Source: Candidatus Kapaibacterium sp. (GTDB lineage: Bacteria > Bacteroidota > Ignavibacteria > Palsa-1295). From it: 64,000 bases of DNA. The notes under the pieces were generated by a model. The model was not told the origin of the DNA. It did not search any database and was given only the letters and a program-made list of their open reading frames with translations. A program made the position numbers and the translations under genes. Positions 9,461 through 19,392 of the stretch are shown in pieces. Location of the stretch: assembly GCA_017882165.1 (NCBI GenBank), contig JADGPZ010000002.1, forward strand, positions 14,142 to 78,141, read 5' to 3'. The first letter of the stretch is position 1; the number at the start of each line of letters is the position of its first letter.

Positions 9461-12328
9461 TCAGACCAGTTCTCTCAGGCTTACTTCGAGCTTTTCAATC
9501 TGATCGGCATAGTTCGCTTGCTTCTCCCGCTCCTTCAGCACGACTTGTTCCGGTGCGCGGGAGATAAACCCATCATTGGAGAGCTTGGCGGTTACTTGTT
9601 CAAACTGTGCGCGGACCCTGACGAGCTCCTTGGAAAGCCGTTCGTGTTCTTTCGCTCGTTCTGCCCCCGACATGCTTGGGATTTTCACGAAGACGCGAGC
9701 ATCGCCGCCAACTAATTCGCTCGTGTACTCGCGAGAGGAGTAATCGGTGCCTTCCCGCTCAACAATAAGCTCGCTGGCCCGCGTGAGGCGCTCGATAATA
9801 TGTGAAGTCGATTGCAGTGACCACAAGCCGGCTTCCGTTCGGGCCTGCACGATCACCGCTGCCGTTGCCGATGGCGCGAGATTGAGCGTTGAGCGGACAA
9901 GACGTGCCGCTTCGATCGTCCGCTGCACGAGCGCGAATTCGCGCTCGGCTTCGTCATCGATCTTGTAAGTATCCGGTGTGATGTAATCATCTCGGCCAAG
10001 TAGAGTGTCTTCCGGCGCGCCGGTCAAGGCATGCCAGAGCTCTTCCGTGACGAACGGCATGATCGGGTGCAGTAGCCGGAGGATACCTTCGAGGATTTCG
10101 ACCGCAAGCGGCATGGAATCCGGCTGGAGCTTGACGATCTCCAGATACCAATCGCAGAAATCGCGCCAGACGAAATCATAAAGGATTTTCGTCGCTTCGT
10201 TGATCTCGTAGTTGTCGAACGCCTTCCGAATGTCTCGCGCAGCGCGGTTGGCGCGGCCGATAATCCATTTATCGGCGAGAGATTTCTGCTCCCCCGCCTT
10301 TTCAAGGCGGGGGTTGGGGGGTGGTTGACCCTTCAACCCGGAATAACCACCCCCTGCCCCCGCCTTGAAAAGTCGGGGGTTCTTATCTTCGCTATTGAGG
10401 ACTTCCGTATCCTCACTCTCGAACTCGACGTTGGGTTGCTTGGCCTGGTACTCATCGCGCTTCATCATGACGAAGCGGGTGGCGTTCCAAAGCTTGTTGG
10501 CGAAGTTGCGGCCTATCTCGCAGGAGGCTTCAGCAAAACGGATGTCCTGTCCGAGCGGCGCGAGATAGAGCAGCGAGAAGCGCACCGCGTCCGTGCCATA
10601 TCGCGCGAGCAACTCGAGCAAGTCCGGCGAGTTGCCGAGTGATTTCGACATCTTGCGCCCATCCAAATCGCGCACGATGTTGTGGAAATAGACATCGCGG
10701 AACGGGATGAGGTCCTTCAGCTCCGTTCGCGGCGAGCCATCTTTCATCGGAATGGACGGCATGAATTCGATGCCGGCCATGATCATTCGTGCGACCCAGA
10801 AGAAAACGATCTCGAAGCCGGTCGAAAGCAACGAGGTCGGATAGAACTCGATGAGGTCCGGCGTTGCCTCTGGCCAGCCGAGCGTTGCCATCGGCCAGAG
10901 CCACGAGGAGAACCAGGTGTCGAGTACGTCGGGGTCTTGCACGAGCGCTCCGTTGTACCCTGCGGCAGTTGCGCGCGCGCGCGCTTCCGCTTCGTTGCGT
11001 CCGACGAAGATTTCGCCTGTCTCGGCGTACCATGCCGGAATGCGATGTCCCCACCAGAGTTGTCGCGAGATGCACCAATCGCGGATGTTCGTCATCCAGT
11101 GGTGGTAGGTGCTGACCCATCGCTCGGGATGCAAGCGCACCAGTCCATCGTCGACAACTTTGAGCGCCGGCTCGGCGAGCGGCTTCATACTGACAAACCA
11201 CTGGTCCGAGAGATACGGCTCGACCATCTCGCCACCGCGCTCGGAGTAGCCGACGGAGTGCGTGTAATTCTCGATCTTATCGACAAGTCCAAGGAGTTGA
11301 AGCTCCTCGACAACTCGCTTGCGGGCATCGAAGCGGTCCAATCCGGCGAAGCGTCCGCCGTTCTCGTTGATGACGCCATGCGGGTCCATCACGTTGATCT
11401 GAGGCAGATTATGCCTGAGCCCGATCTCGAAATCATTTGGATCGTGGGCCGGTGTGATTTTCACGCAGCCGGTGCCGAATTCCTTGTCAACGTAAGCATC
11501 CGCGATGATCGGAATCTCCCGCTCCACAAGCGGCAGGATGAGCGTCCGGCCAACGAGATGTTTGTAGCGATCGTCATCCGGGTTGACGGCCACAGCGACA
11601 TCGCCGAGCATCGTCTCGGGGCGAGTTGTCGCAATCGTGAGGTACTCCGGTTCGTCCTTGCTCGTGCCGACGATCGGATACCGGAAATAGTAAAGCTTCC
11701 CTTGGGTCTCTTTGTGAATGACCTCTTCATCCGAGAGCGCGGACTGAGCGAGTGGCGACCAATTGATGATCCGCTTGCCGCGATAAATCAGGCCCTTATC
11801 GTAGAGCCGGACGAATGCCTCGATCACAGCGTCGTAGTATGCCGGGTCCATCGTGAATCGTGTGCGGCGCCAGTCGCACGAACAGCCGAGTGCGCGAAGC
11901 TGATCGAGAATGATCCCGCCGTATTTCTCTCTCCACTCCCAGACGCGCTCGACGAATTTCTCGCGGCCAAGATCGTGGCGGGTCAGACCTTCGGCGCGCA
12001 TCTCGCGCTCGATCTTCGTCTGCGTTGCAATGCCAGCATGGTCGGTGCCCGGCATCCAGAGTGACTCACGGCCCAACATCCGGTTGAGGCGGACGTAGGT
12101 ATCCTGAATGGTATTGTTGAGCGCGTGACCGATGTGCAGGATGCCGGTCACGTTCGGCGGCGGAATGACGACGACGAACGGCGGCTTATCGACCGCGCGG
12201 CGTCCGGTCGGGTCCTGCGGATTCAGCTCCGCGCGGTTGGCATCGAAGAGATGATATTTCTCCCAGCGCTCGTACCACGATTTCTCGATGGAGCCCGGGG
12301 TATATGCTTTTGCTAACGGTTCGGCCAT
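9461..12328 (-). CDS. valS: Valine--tRNA ligase (ValRS)
   Basis: HIGH motif (PNVTGILHIGHALN) and KMSKS motif (KMSKSLGN). Class-I editing domain and C-terminal coiled coil are present. The start was moved to ATG at 12328 (MAEPLAKAYTP...), because the longer ORF extension lacks homology character. Confidence 0.9.
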   Translation of the reverse strand: MAEPLAKAYTPGSIEKSWYERWEKYHLFDANRAELNPQDPTGRRAVDKPPFVVVIPPPNVTGILHIGHALNNTIQDTYVRLNRMLGRESLWMPGTDHAGIATQTKIEREMRAEGLTRHDLGREKFVERVWEWREKYGGIILDQLRALGCSCDWRRTRFTMDPAYYDAVIEAFVRLYDKGLIYRGKRIINWSPLAQSALSDEEVIHKETQGKLYYFRYPIVGTSKDEPEYLTIATTRPETMLGDVAVAVNPDDDRYKHLVGRTLILPLVEREIPIIADAYVDKEFGTGCVKITPAHDPNDFEIGLRHNLPQINVMDPHGVINENGGRFAGLDRFDARKRVVEELQLLGLVDKIENYTHSVGYSERGGEMVEPYLSDQWFVSMKPLAEPALKVVDDGLVRLHPERWVSTYHHWMTNIRDWCISRQLWWGHRIPAWYAETGEIFVGRNEAEARARATAAGYNGALVQDPDVLDTWFSSWLWPMATLGWPEATPDLIEFYPTSLLSTGFEIVFFWVARMIMAGIEFMPSIPMKDGSPRTELKDLIPFRDVYFHNIVRDLDGRKMSKSLGNSPDLLELLARYGTDAVRFSLLYLAPLGQDIRFAEASCEIGRNFANKLWNATRFVMMKRDEYQAKQPNVEFESEDTEVLNSEDKNPRLFKAGAGGGYSGLKGQPPPNPRLEKAGEQKSLADKWIIGRANRAARDIRKAFDNYEINEATKILYDFVWRDFCDWYLEIVKLQPDSMPLAVEILEGILRLLHPIMPFVTEELWHALTGAPEDTLLGRDDYITPDTYKIDDEAEREFALVQRTIEAARLVRSTLNLAPSATAAVIVQARTEAGLWSLQSTSHIIERLTRASELIVEREGTDYSSREYTSELVGGDARVFVKIPSMSGAERAKEHERLSKELVRVRAQFEQVTAKLSNDGFISRAPEQVVLKEREKQANYADQIEKLEVSLRELV
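10291..10379. repeat. Palindromic mini-element (direct repeat - inverted repeat - direct repeat) inserted in-frame inside valS
   Basis: CCCCCGCCTTttcaaGGCGGGGG (10291-10313) and CCCCCGCCTTgaaaagtCGGGGG (10357-10379) flank an inner IR GGGGGGTGGTT...AACCACCCCC. On the coding strand it encodes NPRLFKAGAGGGYSGLKGQPPPNPRLEKAGEQ. The E. coli equivalent region, FVLMNTE...LSLADRWIL, is only a dozen residues long. Confidence 0.6.
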
Positions 12329-12377
12329 AAGAACAGAGAGAACAGCGCGGCGCGTGGAGTATACTCCCGCCGATTTG

Positions 12378-12947
12378 CTACTCCGATTCGGCAGGTGGCG
12401 GCGCCGTTGCGGAAGGCTTTGCGGGCTTGGATCGGTGTAAGGACCACGATTCATCCCGATCGATTTGCCGAAGTTTGAGAAAAGCCGGGTTCCGGTCGAT
12501 GAAATAGTCAACGGGGCGCAAGACAAGGAGGACCAGGAACGCGAGGACGGCAATTGCTGCGGCGCTAAAAACGAAGCCGGTTCCTGCGACAATGCCAATG
12601 CTGGCAGATACGAAGATGGAGGCGGCCGTCGTCAGACCCAGGACGCGGCCACGCTGTTGCAGGATTACACCACCTCCGAGGAAGCCAATTCCCGTCACGA
12701 TTTGCGCGGTAATGCGTCCCGGCTCACCGCCAAATAACGCAGCCGTCTCGAGCGAGATGATTGTGATGACGCAGCAAGCGATTGTGACGAGCAGGCTGGT
12801 CCGCAACCCGGCCGCTTTGCCATAAATCTGATTCTCTGCGCCGATCAGGCCGCCGCCAATGATGGAGGCAGCGATGCGCGGCCAATAGAGATCGGCAAAA
12901 GCCAGAAAATCCTGGAAGGTCTCGTTCGGTTGATGGATCGGCGGCAT
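12378..12947 (-). CDS. mgtC: MgtC/SapB family membrane protein
   Basis: Four or five TM helices with a conserved MgtC core (LETAALFGGEPGRITAQIVTGIGFLGGGVIL). The start ATG overlaps the livF stop (TGATG). Confidence 0.7.
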   Translation of the reverse strand: MPPIHQPNETFQDFLAFADLYWPRIAASIIGGGLIGAENQIYGKAAGLRTSLLVTIACCVITIISLETAALFGGEPGRITAQIVTGIGFLGGGVILQQRGRVLGLTTAASIFVSASIGIVAGTGFVFSAAAIAVLAFLVLLVLRPVDYFIDRNPAFLKLRQIDRDESWSLHRSKPAKPSATAPPPAESE

Positions 12948-13678
12948 CAGGCTGTTCCCAAATAAGCGCGTTTCACCTCCTCGTCCTGTGCGAGGTCGTG
13001 TGCCGGACCGCTCAGGACGATCTTGCCGGTCTCGATTACATAGGCGGTATGCGCGATGGCAAGCGCGAGGTTCGCGTTCTGCTCGACGAGCAGGACGGTC
13101 ACGCCAAGCTCGCGGTTAATCTCGGTGATCTTCTCGAATATGGTCCGCACAAGCTTTGGCGCAATGCCGAGCGATGGTTCATCAAGCAGCAGCATCTTCG
13201 GCTTCGACATGAGTGCGCGCGCGATGGCGAGCATTTGCTGCTCTCCGCCCGAGAGCGTGCCGCCCGGCTGCCAGAGGCGTTCCTTGAGGCGCGGAAAGAT
13301 CGTGAACGAGAAATCCAAATCACGCTTGATCTCCTCCGTGTCCTTCCGCAGGTAGGCTCCCATCCGGAGATTTTCCTGCACCGTGAGGTTCGCGAAGATC
13401 ATTCGTCCCTCGGGCGCATGTGCAATGCCGACCTTCACAACGTCGTGTGGCGGGCAGTTCGTGATATTCTTGCCGTTCCAGGTGATCGAGCCGTTCTTCG
13501 CCTTCAACAGCCCGGAGATCGTCCGCAGCAATGTCGTTTTGCCGGCGCCATTGGCGCCGATGAGCGTGACGATCGAGCCATCGGGAACCTCGAGCGAGAT
13601 CCCTCGGATCGCTTTGATCCCGCCGTACGATACGTGTAGGTCCTGGACTGTTAGCATGGTAGCGAAGTCCTCAAACAC
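12947..13678 (-). CDS. livF: ABC transporter ATP-binding protein, LivF-like (branched-chain amino acid type)
   Basis: Walker A GANGAGKTT, ABC signature LSGGEQQ, Walker B LLLDEPSLG, and the typical LivF length of 243 aa. Confidence 0.85.
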   Translation of the reverse strand: MFEDFATMLTVQDLHVSYGGIKAIRGISLEVPDGSIVTLIGANGAGKTTLLRTISGLLKAKNGSITWNGKNITNCPPHDVVKVGIAHAPEGRMIFANLTVQENLRMGAYLRKDTEEIKRDLDFSFTIFPRLKERLWQPGGTLSGGEQQMLAIARALMSKPKMLLLDEPSLGIAPKLVRTIFEKITEINRELGVTVLLVEQNANLALAIAHTAYVIETGKIVLSGPAHDLAQDEEVKRAYLGTA

Positions 13679-13700
13679 ACCGGGCGGCTACTTTCCTTCC

Positions 13701-14507
13701 TCAATCCTGCTTCGCCGCGGCATGCGGCGCGACTTCACCGAGATAGGCCTCAATCACCTTCGGGTCGTTCCGAATTTCGAGTGGTGAGCCATGCGCAATC
13801 TTCAGGCCGTAATCAAGGACGTAAATCCGTTCGCAGACACCCATGACGAGAGACATGTCGTGCTCGATGAGCAGGATGGCGATGGAGAATTGCTCGCGGA
13901 GTTGTCGGATGAGCCGCATGAGGTTCTGCTTCTCCACCATGTTCATTCCAGCGGCGGGCTCATCGAGCAGCAACAGCTTCGGCTCGGTCGCCAGTGCGCG
14001 GACGATTTCGAGTCGGCGCTGATCGCCATAAGGGAGGCTCGTCGCAAGCTCATCACGCATGGGACGAAGCTGGAAGAGATCGAGTAATTCTTCGACGCGT
14101 CGGGAAACGCGGCGCTCGTTAGAATAAAAACTGCCGAGCCGAAGCATCGAGCGCCAGTGGCCGAATGGTGTGCGGGGCGTAAGCGAGACACGGATGTTAT
14201 CGAAGACCGACATGCCGCGAAAAAGCCGGATGTTCTGAAACGTCCGCGCAATACCGTGATGGCCGATCGTATGCGGACGAAGTCCGTTGAGCAATTTGCC
14301 GCCGAATCGAACTTCTCCTTCGGTCGGCGTATAGACGCCGGTGATCACGTTGAAGACGGTCGTCTTTCCGGCACCGTTGGGGCCGATGAGTCCGACCAGA
14401 TCGTGCGGCCCGACCTCGGCATCGAGATCGCCAACGGCGGTCAGTCCGCCGAAGCGCATCGAGACGTGATCGAGTTTGAGGCCCTCGGTCATACCCTTAT
14501 CGCTCAT
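13701..14507 (-). CDS. livG: ABC transporter ATP-binding protein, LivG-like
   Basis: Walker A GPNGAGKTT, signature LPYGDQRRLEI, Walker B LLLLDEPAAG, and the LivG-type C-terminal extension. Confidence 0.85.
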   Translation of the reverse strand: MSDKGMTEGLKLDHVSMRFGGLTAVGDLDAEVGPHDLVGLIGPNGAGKTTVFNVITGVYTPTEGEVRFGGKLLNGLRPHTIGHHGIARTFQNIRLFRGMSVFDNIRVSLTPRTPFGHWRSMLRLGSFYSNERRVSRRVEELLDLFQLRPMRDELATSLPYGDQRRLEIVRALATEPKLLLLDEPAAGMNMVEKQNLMRLIRQLREQFSIAILLIEHDMSLVMGVCERIYVLDYGLKIAHGSPLEIRNDPKVIEAYLGEVAPHAAAKQD

Positions 14508-15622
14508 GCTTTGACTTCAGGTTTGACAAACGGTGGCTTTTGCACGCGCGCCTTCACGCGCTTGCCCGGACGAGTTTCGACAAGTACCTCCGTGCCGTCT
14601 TTGCCGAGCGCCGTTGGTACATATCCTAATGCAATAGCTTTGTTCAGCATTGGCGAAATATTGCCGCTCGTGATCTCGCCGATGGTGTTGCCGCTCTCAT
14701 CCACGATCTTGTGGCCATGCCGCATGATGGCGCCTTTTTCATCGGTGATGAGTCCGACGAGTTTGCGCGTCAGCCCACGCTCTTTGATCTGGCGCAGTGC
14801 CGGAAAGGCGAGGCACTCGGGCGTCTTATTCAGCTTTGTGATCCATCCGAGACCGGCTTCCAGTGGGTTCGTCTCTTCGTTGATGTCATTGCCATACAAG
14901 CAATATCCCATCTCGAGTCGCAGTGTATCGCGCGCGCCAAGACCGATGGCTTGGAGTCCGCCAACGGACTTACCGGCTTCGAAGATGGCGTCCCACACTC
15001 TGTCGGCATTGCCCTCATGCGGAAACCAGATCTCGTAGCCCGGCTCACCGGTGTAGCCAGTGCGCGAGATACCGCAATGGACGCCGGCAAGAATGCCGCT
15101 CGTGAAATGATAATACTCGATTTTGCTCAGATCGACTTTCGTCAGTGTTTGCAGAGCAGCCTGTGCGCCTTTGCCCTGAATGGCGAGAAGCGCTGTCTCT
15201 TCGGTGAAATTCGTGAGCTTGACATTGAACCGCGGGGCGTGCTTGCTGAACCAGGCCCAGTCCTTTTCCATCGTCGCACCGTTGACGATGATCATGTAGT
15301 GATTCGGCTCGACGTAATAGACGATGAGATCGTCCAGAAGCGTCCCGCGCTCGTTCGGAAGGGAGCTATACTGGGCTTGGCCGGGCACGAGGGCCGCGAC
15401 ATCGTTCGTCGTGATCGTTTGCAGAAAAGCCAGCGCGTCCGGCCCTGCAACATCGAACTCGCCCATGTGCGAGACATCGAAAACGCCGCCCGCGCCCTCG
15501 CGGACCGCTTTGTGCTCGGCGATAATGCCTGACGGATACTGGACCGGCATTTCGTAGCCAGCGAATTCAACGATCTTGCCGCCGAGCGCGACGTGCTTGT
15601 GGTAGAAGGGAGTGCGTTTCAC
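14504..15622 (-). CDS. gcvT: Glycine cleavage system T protein (aminomethyltransferase); GTG start
   Basis: N-terminus [28 protein letters not shown] and overall GcvT pattern. It overlaps livG by 4 nt. Confidence 0.9.
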   Translation of the reverse strand: MKRTPFYHKHVALGGKIVEFAGYEMPVQYPSGIIAEHKAVREGAGGVFDVSHMGEFDVAGPDALAFLQTITTNDVAALVPGQAQYSSLPNERGTLLDDLIVYYVEPNHYMIIVNGATMEKDWAWFSKHAPRFNVKLTNFTEETALLAIQGKGAQAALQTLTKVDLSKIEYYHFTSGILAGVHCGISRTGYTGEPGYEIWFPHEGNADRVWDAIFEAGKSVGGLQAIGLGARDTLRLEMGYCLYGNDINEETNPLEAGLGWITKLNKTPECLAFPALRQIKERGLTRKLVGLITDEKGAIMRHGHKIVDESGNTIGEITSGNISPMLNKAIALGYVPTALGKDGTEVLVETRPGKRVKARVQKPPFVKPEVKA

Positions 15623-15722
15623 GAATCGAGGTATGATGAATGTTAGGATGCAAATATACGAGGTAGCGTCCAGCGTGGGCGCCGGGCAAGAACTTCAGAA
15701 TGGTCGAGCCGGTTCAAGGCAC

Positions 15723-16199
15723 ATGCGAAATTATTCAAAATCGGTTCGAGCCGCCTTCATTGCCGGTGGGCTTAGTCTTCTCTTGCTCAGTGGTTCTCTC
15801 ATCACCACGAATGCTCATTCCTCGCTGCCGGTGGCGCTGGTGCATGTGACGCAGGCCGATTCCGCCGTCCCCTATACGGCGATGGGTCACACGGAGAAGA
15901 AAGAATATATGCGCGATGTGCTGACGCCCCGGTTTGGGCAGATGTTCATGGCATTTGACGCCAAGCGATTCCCGCAGATGAAATGCGTCACGTGCCACGG
16001 CAACGGCGCGCGAACCAGTGAGTTCAAAATGCCGGACGAGAAACTGCCGAAGCTTCCGAAATCTGACGCAGGCATGAAGAAGCTCGAAGTGAAGATACCG
16101 GCGATGGTTAAGTTCATGCGCGACTCCGTCGCGCCGCTCACAGCGCAGATGCTCGGCATGAAGGAGTATAAGTGTGAGGGATGTCACATGCTGAAGTGA
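15723..16199 (+). CDS. Small periplasmic diheme c-type cytochrome
   Basis: Signal peptide (AAFIAGGLSLLLLSGSLITTNAHS) and two CxxCH haem-binding motifs (CVTCH, CEGCH). The ATG at 15723 was chosen over the longer upstream extension. Confidence 0.6.
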   Translation: MRNYSKSVRAAFIAGGLSLLLLSGSLITTNAHSSLPVALVHVTQADSAVPYTAMGHTEKKEYMRDVLTPRFGQMFMAFDAKRFPQMKCVTCHGNGARTSEFKMPDEKLPKLPKSDAGMKKLEVKIPAMVKFMRDSVAPLTAQMLGMKEYKCEGCHMLK

Positions 16200-16299
16200 T
16201 GTCTGAGCCATGATTTTATGAGCTTCTTGCGACGGAGGAGAGACTGGAGAAGCTAATCTAATGAATCAGATGAATCTCAAAGTAACATAGTTCAGCCAA

Positions 16300-19101
16300 T
16301 TACCACACCCACTCCGGGATGCGAATGATCGAGCCGATGCCGCTACGGATGGGATGCCAGAGCGCCCAGAAGATATTTGCCTTCGGGTCCAAGATAGCGG
16401 AAATGTTGGCAGTCGCCAGCGGATTATCCAACTCGGGAGTGTTATGCGAGCGCATGAAGATCGCGTTCGCGAAGAACGAGACAAACCCCGGCGGGAAGCG
16501 GTCCCAGCGGAAGAATTTCACATGCAGACTATCATACTGCGGGGCGATTGTTCCAGTCATGAGGCTATCTCTGAGTCTAAAATCGAATATCGCTGAATGG
16601 ACATTGCCCGTCAACGTGAATGGCTCGCTGTATGTGAGATATTCATTGAAGAGCGACGCGTCCATCGGTCCGACTGTACCTTGAACATCGACGAAAAGAT
16701 GTGGATTGAGCAGTTGGTAGTCTAACCTAAACGTGATTAATCCTGCATTCATGATCATCAGGTTACCATCAATTTCGGTGGTGGCTGTATCGCCAAACCC
16801 GCGATCGGTCGAGATATTTGCGACACGCGCATCCACGCGCGTGAGAGTGATCGTACCAGGAGTATTCGTATCGGGCCAGCTCTCGCGGTAGGAAATGCGG
16901 CCATCGTTGAGGACCGTCTGCTTGATTCCGACCGGCATTCGGACCAACTGAAACAACTCTTGCGGATAGCGTTCGATTGTTGTTCGTGGCGCTTCGGGAT
17001 GCCGACGGTCATTATAGATATTCAACTTCCAATTATTGGCGATGATGCGGTCTGCAAAGAGGCCGCTGCCCATACATAGCTTTTGGTAGTTGACACCGAA
17101 CATCGAGAGTTTTGGTGCGATGAGATCGACTCGCGCTGTACGAAACGGGAACGCGTTACCGAAGGAGTCCTCAGTAATCAATGGACGCATGCGAATGGAA
17201 TCAATGGTGAGCGTCCGTCTGCGAAGATCGCCCGTGACAGAGCCCACGCGATATTGATACATCCCTGCCTGAGTATGTTCCGTTATCGGACTAATCGAGA
17301 AGGTCGCGGTTTTACTGAACAGCATGCCTCTTCCGCGCGTCCAGGAATGGCGGTCGAGATTGAAATCCGTGAGGCTCAGTTGCAGGCCATGGATGGAATC
17401 TCCGGAACTCCGCGGGTTTGCTGGATCGTCGAAGTAATGGATGCCACGGACCGACCCGCCCGATACAACGATCGACCCAATATGTACCTCTGGAAGGAGT
17501 GCCGGTAGTGGATACTGTTTATAGCCTCGTACGGCTGCGAGAGGATCGCTCATCAAAATAGAATCCAGGCTGGTCATTGGTGCGCTGAATGTGCGATCCA
17601 GAAACACGGATGGTTGTTGGACGCGCAAACTGGTGGAGAATATCCCCTCGCGCATCAACAGCTTCCACATGTCAAGTGCGCCAATCTCCATCGACTTCAC
17701 CGTAACCAACGCAAGTCCCTTTGCAGAAGGACTCAATCGAATGTTCGACACCAAGACCGATTTGCCAGTGCCACTCACGGTCCCGAGTTGTAGCGCACCG
17801 AATGCCGTGCTCAGGCTGCTCGGCGACGAGATGCTATAACTAGCCCGTGAACTGAAGAACGACGAGACGTTGGTGAAGGGGGTTGTGGAATCGAGCTCGA
17901 ACTGTTCAAGCAACAGCCGGATGTGTTTCAGTTCGCTGACTCTCCGCGTCCCCGGAAGCAGCGCATATACTTCGGCATTCGATACTTCGATTTCATCTAT
18001 CGCAACGTTTGGCAGGAGTGTGGGAAGCGGTATGAGGTCTGAGGCTGCGATGTGCTGTGCAGGATGAGGCGAGATTGCGGCAACATCCTGCAAATACAAC
18101 TGAGGTTTAGTGATTGCGAGATGGCGACCGTGCAGGCCGCGGCCGGCGAGGGCGCTAAACCAATCGAGTCCTGCAAATGTGACACGATCCACGCCAACCT
18201 TCCGGACCTCTTCAATCGGCCTCGTGCTCACGATGGTCTGGACCGTCATCGATGAGTCGATGAGGTCGCCATCTACTGCGGCAACGTGGATGCGAGTTGT
18301 GCGGAGAGAATCGATCTGCGATACGTCTTCGGCATGGAATGTCGCTCCTTTACAAAAGAAGGTAGAGGAAGCATTTTTGTACGTCGGCTCATCCAGGAAG
18401 AAATCTCGAAATTCAAGCGAAGCCTTCCGGACCATCACACCCGTGCGCGGGATAGAGGATGGGTCGGATGGGGAACTGGGAGAGGGGGCGTCCTCCGAGA
18501 GATAGACTTTGGCATTCTCCACGCTGATATACTTCGATGACACGGCAGGGAGGAAGCCGGGTAAGAGCTTGGTGTTGGCGGAGAACTTCGGGAGCGTACC
18601 CGGTCGGAGATAGATCGTTGGTGAGCGAATGCTGATCATATCCGCGAACAGGCCTCTCTGGAGGATCAGCTTCCAGTAATGCAAACCAGAGATCAACACT
18701 GTGTCGGTTGTCAGTCGATCGAGAGGCAACTCCATTCCGAAACTATGCGCAGAAGAATCAGTACCTCCTTGGGCTGTTCGTCCATTATCCACGATTCGGA
18801 CACCCGTTAGAATGAGGCTATCTCGATTTCGAGAGAGAACGATGCTCTTCATTTCAAGAGAATATCTCTGTCCGAGTCTGTCGGCGATGAGCTTCTTCAG
18901 CTTCGGCTCGACCACATAGTGGATTACGGTATTGGGATAAAACCTCAGCAGGACACCGCCAATAATCGCAACGAGCATAAAACACCCCCCGGCCACATAG
19001 AGGGCCTTTCTGATCGCTGAGCGGGGTTTACGTTGTTTGATGTCGTGCGTGACATCAACGTCTTCGTTCGCTGGCATACTGATGGCGCGTGTGATCCCCA
19101 A
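16300..19101 (-). CDS. Large AsmA-family-like envelope protein (N-terminal TM anchor, ~900-aa periplasmic beta-rich region)
   Basis: Single N-terminal TM (LYVAGGCFMLVAIIGGVLLRF) followed by a long repetitive beta-strand-rich region. Architecture matches AsmA/TamB-like proteins. The assignment comes from architecture only. Confidence 0.4.
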   Translation of the reverse strand: MGITRAISMPANEDVDVTHDIKQRKPRSAIRKALYVAGGCFMLVAIIGGVLLRFYPNTVIHYVVEPKLKKLIADRLGQRYSLEMKSIVLSRNRDSLILTGVRIVDNGRTAQGGTDSSAHSFGMELPLDRLTTDTVLISGLHYWKLILQRGLFADMISIRSPTIYLRPGTLPKFSANTKLLPGFLPAVSSKYISVENAKVYLSEDAPSPSSPSDPSSIPRTGVMVRKASLEFRDFFLDEPTYKNASSTFFCKGATFHAEDVSQIDSLRTTRIHVAAVDGDLIDSSMTVQTIVSTRPIEEVRKVGVDRVTFAGLDWFSALAGRGLHGRHLAITKPQLYLQDVAAISPHPAQHIAASDLIPLPTLLPNVAIDEIEVSNAEVYALLPGTRRVSELKHIRLLLEQFELDSTTPFTNVSSFFSSRASYSISSPSSLSTAFGALQLGTVSGTGKSVLVSNIRLSPSAKGLALVTVKSMEIGALDMWKLLMREGIFSTSLRVQQPSVFLDRTFSAPMTSLDSILMSDPLAAVRGYKQYPLPALLPEVHIGSIVVSGGSVRGIHYFDDPANPRSSGDSIHGLQLSLTDFNLDRHSWTRGRGMLFSKTATFSISPITEHTQAGMYQYRVGSVTGDLRRRTLTIDSIRMRPLITEDSFGNAFPFRTARVDLIAPKLSMFGVNYQKLCMGSGLFADRIIANNWKLNIYNDRRHPEAPRTTIERYPQELFQLVRMPVGIKQTVLNDGRISYRESWPDTNTPGTITLTRVDARVANISTDRGFGDTATTEIDGNLMIMNAGLITFRLDYQLLNPHLFVDVQGTVGPMDASLFNEYLTYSEPFTLTGNVHSAIFDFRLRDSLMTGTIAPQYDSLHVKFFRWDRFPPGFVSFFANAIFMRSHNTPELDNPLATANISAILDPKANIFWALWHPIRSGIGSIIRIPEWVW

Positions 19102-19392
19102 GTATGGAGAAGGTGAGGCGGAATATCAGCCTACTCAAACTCTAACGAATGTGGGGCACGGCGCGTTCAACCTCGCGCGCAAATGCGATGGCCAGCCATT
19201 CGACAACTCCGTCCACCGCGCGATTCCCGCGTCCAACCTCGTCTCACCTGCGAGCGGATGGACAAATGGTCGCGAGTGGCGACGACTGACCGGATGCTGA
19301 ATGCAACTTCCAAGTCTTATGAACGTACTTGGAAACGGAAATTGCGAAATTCTCCACCCTGTCATTTGACAATCACACTTCTGACATCGGCC

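Noticed and set aside
10682-12064. 460-aa ORF on the + strand
   Set aside because: It is entirely antisense to valS, which carries unambiguous HIGH/KMSKS motifs. It has Arg/Ala-rich junk composition typical of high-GC antisense frames.
15612-15722. Search for a glycine riboswitch upstream of gcvT, and the longer 195-aa version of the cytochrome ORF
   Set aside because: The ~100-bp gcvT leader lacks the GGAGAG...CTCTGGAGAG / ACCGAAGGGGCAA aptamer signatures. The 5' extension of the cytochrome ORF overlaps the gcvT start and precedes the obvious signal peptide.
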